Assembly (NCBI GenBank): GCA_030587475.2 | Contig: JAUQYZ020000215.1 | Coordinates: forward strand, 1 to 21,057 | Reading direction: 5' to 3' | From: Candidatus Sigynarchaeum calidifontis | GTDB taxonomy: Archaea > Asgardarchaeota > Lokiarchaeia > Sigyniarchaeales > Sigyniarchaeaceae | DNA length: 21,057 bases | Shown: one piece after another, positions 17,616-21,057 of the stretch | Layout of the letters: the number at the start of each line of letters is the position of its first letter | Position numbering within the stretch: position 1 is the stretch's first letter | Notes under the pieces: model-generated | What the model was told of the DNA's origin: nothing | Database searches by the model: none | What the model saw: the letters and a program-made list of their open reading frames with translations, nothing else | Made by a program: the position numbers and the translations under genes

Positions 17616-18513
17616 TTCGGAGGAGATAGACACGGCAAAGCACGAGGAAAAGCCAACGTGGCTAAAGGAAATACCGGCCGAAGCGGTCGATTTTACTTGG
17701 ACGGAGGTCATGGCCAAGCTGCTCGGGACGATCGACCCCGGTGGGTTCCCGCATATCACGTTAATCGCATGTAACCGGGCGATCTCGCCAACGACGGTCA
17801 AGTGGGGGCAATTCATCCAGGGTCGCAGCAAGAAGCACATCTACGACAACCCGAAGTCGGCATCGCTGTACATGACCAAGACCATGCCCCTCACGTTTTT
17901 GCAAGTGAAGATGGACTTCGACCGGTGCTCGCTTGATGGAGCAGACGCGGAGAACTTCAACACGGCGCAGCTGCTGCGGTACAACACCTACGTCCGTGTC
18001 GATCACGTGTATTTCAACACGGTTCGCGCCGCGTCGCCGCTCCGGCCGCTCCCCCTGGGAGGCATCATCAAGGGCATGGTTGCCGACGCGATCGGCATCG
18101 GCGGGTTGAAAACGGGCAAAACAGAGGCGCGTATCCCGCCATTCGGCATGGCACTGTTCCGCGCGCCCGTGGGGCCGAAGTTCCTCGCGTTCATCGATCC
18201 TGCCGATGGATATCCAGTCATCGTCCCATGTTTTCAGGCCAGGGCGGTCGAGGGAAAAGCGATCGCGTTTTCGTTCACCCAATTCGCCGGCGATCTCGCC
18301 CCGCTACAACCGGGGGCAAAAATGGCCTTTTTCGCCTTGAGTTTCGAACTCACGAGCATCCTCGTGAAAGGCATATACACGGGCATCAAGAAATCCCGTG
18401 GAATACGTTTTGGCATGGTGGACGTGACGGAAGTATATAACCCGATGCCGCCGCTGGCCGGCATGCTCTACCCAGTGAAAGCATCACGGCCGAAGGTCAC
18501 TGCATTTCAATGA
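17605..18513 (+). CDS. Tandem pyridoxamine 5'-phosphate oxidase-like (split beta-barrel, FMN/F420-binding fold) protein
   Basis: Two similar units: KLLGTIDPGGFPHITLI...GRSKKHIYDNPK and KFLAFIDPADGYPVIVP. The start overlaps the activase stop by 11 nt (or 8 nt if the second ATG is used). Confidence 0.75.
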   Translation: MMDDSEEIDTAKHEEKPTWLKEIPAEAVDFTWTEVMAKLLGTIDPGGFPHITLIACNRAISPTTVKWGQFIQGRSKKHIYDNPKSASLYMTKTMPLTFLQVKMDFDRCSLDGADAENFNTAQLLRYNTYVRVDHVYFNTVRAASPLRPLPLGGIIKGMVADAIGIGGLKTGKTEARIPPFGMALFRAPVGPKFLAFIDPADGYPVIVPCFQARAVEGKAIAFSFTQFAGDLAPLQPGAKMAFFALSFELTSILVKGIYTGIKKSRGIRFGMVDVTEVYNPMPPLAGMLYPVKASRPKVTAFQ

Positions 18514-18520
18514 AACCCGA

Positions 18521-19498
18521 CTATTGCATGATCGTTGTAAGGGAGTTTTCCTTGAACGGTTTGAAGATGGCAGGTAGCTTCTCGTCGATGACGAGCGTGG
18601 ATATCGTGTCCTGAATCTTGCCAGTCCTATACATGGCTTCCAAGAATTGGCGATAGTCTGAAATGCTGCTTGTCCGAACCACGGCAAAAAGGCCGTATTC
18701 TTCTCCGGTTCGATATAGATCGACGATCTCGTCCTTCGGAGCGAGAGTCTCGGCGGCTATGATATCATACTCGGAAAGGTTCTTGGGAAGGATCTGGAGA
18801 TAAAATTTTAAAGGAAAATCGGTCTGTTGAATGTAATCCGGGGAGATCTTGATCGTTGGAATGCAGTACATCTCGTTCCGCAACTTGCGGACCATTCTTG
18901 ATGCCTGGTTATACGAGAGCGGAAACCCTTTCATCGAGGCTTTTTCCATGATACTCAAGATCGGAAATGGTTCCTCCATGTCTTGCATTATATCAAGCAA
19001 ACACGCCTCGATTTTGTTGATCATGAGATCTTGGCGTTCTTGGGGGAAGGTAAAGCCGCCGTCCTTGAAAGTTCTCAAGCAATTGATTATCTTGTAGTGT
19101 TGGAAGCGGGTATGGGTGATGAGAAGATCGAGTTGCTTCAGAATACTTGAAAGTTCTTGATCGTCACGCGTGCAACACTTGAAGACGAGTGAATTTTGGC
19201 CAATGATGCCGTCTATGGAACGCACGTGATGGATTTCTTGCAATTTCAATACGATTTCAGGCTCTTCTGGATTGGTTTTTATTTCGATAAAAAACGTGCG
19301 AGCCCCGCGAATGTTTGGATTTTCAACGATGGTATAGAAGATTTTCTTTTCGTCTTCAAGACGTGAAATGAATTGGCCAACGCTCTGTCGGGACACGGGA
19401 AAATTCCGTCTCCTGAGTTCATCGGAGAGCATGGGGAGCGATTGGTTCGCATCCTCGTGCAATAAATTGAGCAGTTGCTTGCTAGTTGGTTTGGGCAA
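18521..19498 (-). CDS. Lrp/AsnC family transcriptional regulator, tandem (HTH-RAM)x2
   Basis: LLNLLHEDANQS...SRQSVGQFISRLEDEK (HTH1), IDGIIGQNSLVFK (RAM1), LSYNQASRMVRKL (HTH2), LYRTGEEYGLFAVVR...DTISTLV (RAM2). TTG 19498 is preceded by SD-like AAGGTGG; the ORF track extends to 19591. Confidence 0.82.
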   Translation of the reverse strand: MPKPTSKQLLNLLHEDANQSLPMLSDELRRRNFPVSRQSVGQFISRLEDEKKIFYTIVENPNIRGARTFFIEIKTNPEEPEIVLKLQEIHHVRSIDGIIGQNSLVFKCCTRDDQELSSILKQLDLLITHTRFQHYKIINCLRTFKDGGFTFPQERQDLMINKIEACLLDIMQDMEEPFPILSIMEKASMKGFPLSYNQASRMVRKLRNEMYCIPTIKISPDYIQQTDFPLKFYLQILPKNLSEYDIIAAETLAPKDEIVDLYRTGEEYGLFAVVRTSSISDYRQFLEAMYRTGKIQDTISTLVIDEKLPAIFKPFKENSLTTIMQ

Positions 19499-19607
19499 AC
19501 AAACCACCTTGTATGGAACATGTATTGTTAACGGGATAGTAGACCAAATATCGAGCAAAAAATGGTAGTTTTTTAAAGAATAAATTAACATGTTTTGCGG
19601 GAATTTG

Positions 19608-19632
19608 AAGTTTCTTGCAGAAATAGAAACTT
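19608..19632. promoter_or_regulatory. Inverted repeat in the divergent lrp-ahcY intergenic region, candidate operator
   Basis: AAGTTTCT-N9-AGAAACTT perfect 8-bp arms, with a nested TTTCT-N3-AGAAA at 19611-19623. Confidence 0.4.
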
Positions 19633-19728
19633 TTTAGAGAAAACGATTCAACGACATTATTGCAATTCAGTTGTGTGATTGTTAAGCAGACAAGCTTAGT
19701 AAAAAAATACCAACAATTGTGAAGCAGT

Positions 19729-21015
19729 ATGGCTACACCACCGAATGCAAAAGAAGGCGTTTACAAGGTCGCTGACATGTCCCTTGTCGAGAAAGGCAAG
19801 GAAGCGATCTACGTTGCCGCTCGGAAGATGCCCGTGACATCCAAGATCTTGCGAGATCGGTTCGCGAAGGAGAAACCGCTGCAGGGGATCAAGATCGCGG
19901 GCTGCTTGCACGTCACGAAGGAGACCGCGAACCTCGCTCTCACGCTCAAGGCTGGCGGTGCCGAGGTGCTGCTGTGCGGGAGTAACCCGCTGTCCACGCA
20001 AGACGACACCGCCGCCGCGCTGGTCGATGCCGGCGTGAAGGTGTTCGCTTGGCACGGCAACACGTCCGAGGAATTCTACTGGTGCATCCGCGAATGTCTC
20101 AAGCAAAAACCCAACATCCTCATCGATGACGGGGCAGACCTTATCGTGACAGCTCACAAGGAATTCCCCGATCTCATCAAGTCGGGAACGATCATGGCTT
20201 GCCAGGAGGAAACCACGACCGGCGTGAAGCGGTTCAAGGCCATGGAACAAGCCAAGGAGCTCAAGGTGCCGCTCTTCCCCGTGAATGATGCCCGGTGCAA
20301 GAACGAGTTCGACAACGAGCTCGGCACGGGTCAGGGGGTTATCTCCGCCATCCAGGGCATGCACATCCTCATGGCGGGCAAGGTCGTCGTGGTCGCGGGG
20401 TATGGCCACTGCGGATCCGGCATGGCGTTGCGCGCCCGCGGGCTCGGTGCCCAGGTGCTCGTCACCGAGGTCGACCCGATCCAGGCCCTCAAGGCCGTGT
20501 TCGCAGGGTTCCGGGTCTTGCCCATGGACGAGGCTTGCAAGGAGGCCGACGTCATCTTCACGGTCACCGGCTGCAAGGACGTGGTCACTTCCAAGCATTT
20601 CGACCAGCTCAAGGATGGTTGTATCCTCGGAAATCTCGGTCATTTCGACGTGGAGATCGCGACGGCCAAGCTCTACGCTGAAGCGAAGGATCGGAAACCC
20701 ATCCGCAAGGACGTGGAAGAGATCACGCTCAAGAATGGAAAAAAGGTCTACTTGCTTGCCCAGGGCCGCCTCGCTAATCTCGTGCTCACGGAGGGGCACC
20801 CCAGCGAAGTAATGGACATGAGCTTCGGTCTCCAGAGCCTCGTCTCGGAATACATCTCCAAGAACTACAAGACCTTCAAGCCCGGTATAATCGACGTTCC
20901 CAAGGAGATCGACGACAAGGTCGGATTGCTCAAGCTCGAAGCAATGGGCATCAAGATTGACAAGCTCACCGAGGCACAATACAAGTATATCCACGGTTAC
21001 GAAGAGGGAACATGA
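19729..21015 (+). CDS. ahcY: Adenosylhomocysteinase (SAH hydrolase), archaeal type
   Basis: GCLHVTKET, NPLSTQD, DDGAD, EETTTG, KNEFDN, GYGHCGSG, GHFDVEI, GHPSEVMDMSF and a short C-terminus ending EGT. Confidence 0.97.
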   Translation: MATPPNAKEGVYKVADMSLVEKGKEAIYVAARKMPVTSKILRDRFAKEKPLQGIKIAGCLHVTKETANLALTLKAGGAEVLLCGSNPLSTQDDTAAALVDAGVKVFAWHGNTSEEFYWCIRECLKQKPNILIDDGADLIVTAHKEFPDLIKSGTIMACQEETTTGVKRFKAMEQAKELKVPLFPVNDARCKNEFDNELGTGQGVISAIQGMHILMAGKVVVVAGYGHCGSGMALRARGLGAQVLVTEVDPIQALKAVFAGFRVLPMDEACKEADVIFTVTGCKDVVTSKHFDQLKDGCILGNLGHFDVEIATAKLYAEAKDRKPIRKDVEEITLKNGKKVYLLAQGRLANLVLTEGHPSEVMDMSFGLQSLVSEYISKNYKTFKPGIIDVPKEIDDKVGLLKLEAMGIKIDKLTEAQYKYIHGYEEGT

Positions 21016-21057
21016 GCTTTCTTATTCCTCCTTCATCAAGCATCTTCAGAGGAAAAT

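Noticed and set aside
19499-19728. SAM/SAH riboswitch upstream of ahcY
   Set aside because: AT-rich with no recognisable riboswitch consensus by eye. An Rfam/Infernal scan would be decisive.
19696-20994. 432-aa minus-strand ORF
   Set aside because: Antisense to ahcY with no motifs; explained by codon bias.

Overview
Gene-dense, GC-rich window with about 20 CDSs. I recognise no rRNA, tRNA, CRISPR array or mobile element. BRE/TATA-like promoters, an archaeal-type AhcY, a stand-alone ADP-forming acyl-CoA synthetase alpha subunit and a Urm1/SAMP-like protein point to an anaerobic archaeon, possibly Asgard/Lokiarchaeia-like (inference, not tested). In order: a partial coiled-coil plus Pro-rich protein, Urm1-like, acdA-like, cyclophilin, two hypotheticals, EamA, panB, a HeH/wHTH-like hypothetical, an extended SDR, a CPBP protease, DUF362-ferredoxin with a C-terminal TM helix, a DEDD exonuclease-SWIM fusion, a PIG-L deacetylase, an acyl-CoA ligase, a three-gene glycyl radical enzyme (GRE) operon, a tandem Lrp/AsnC regulator and ahcY. 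The best candidate for an undescribed system is the GRE operon (14109-18513). It pairs a non-PFL, non-fumarate-adding GRE (CVGCLE / RVTGY) and its activase with an overlapping tandem PNPOx-like split-barrel (flavin/F420-binding fold) protein.
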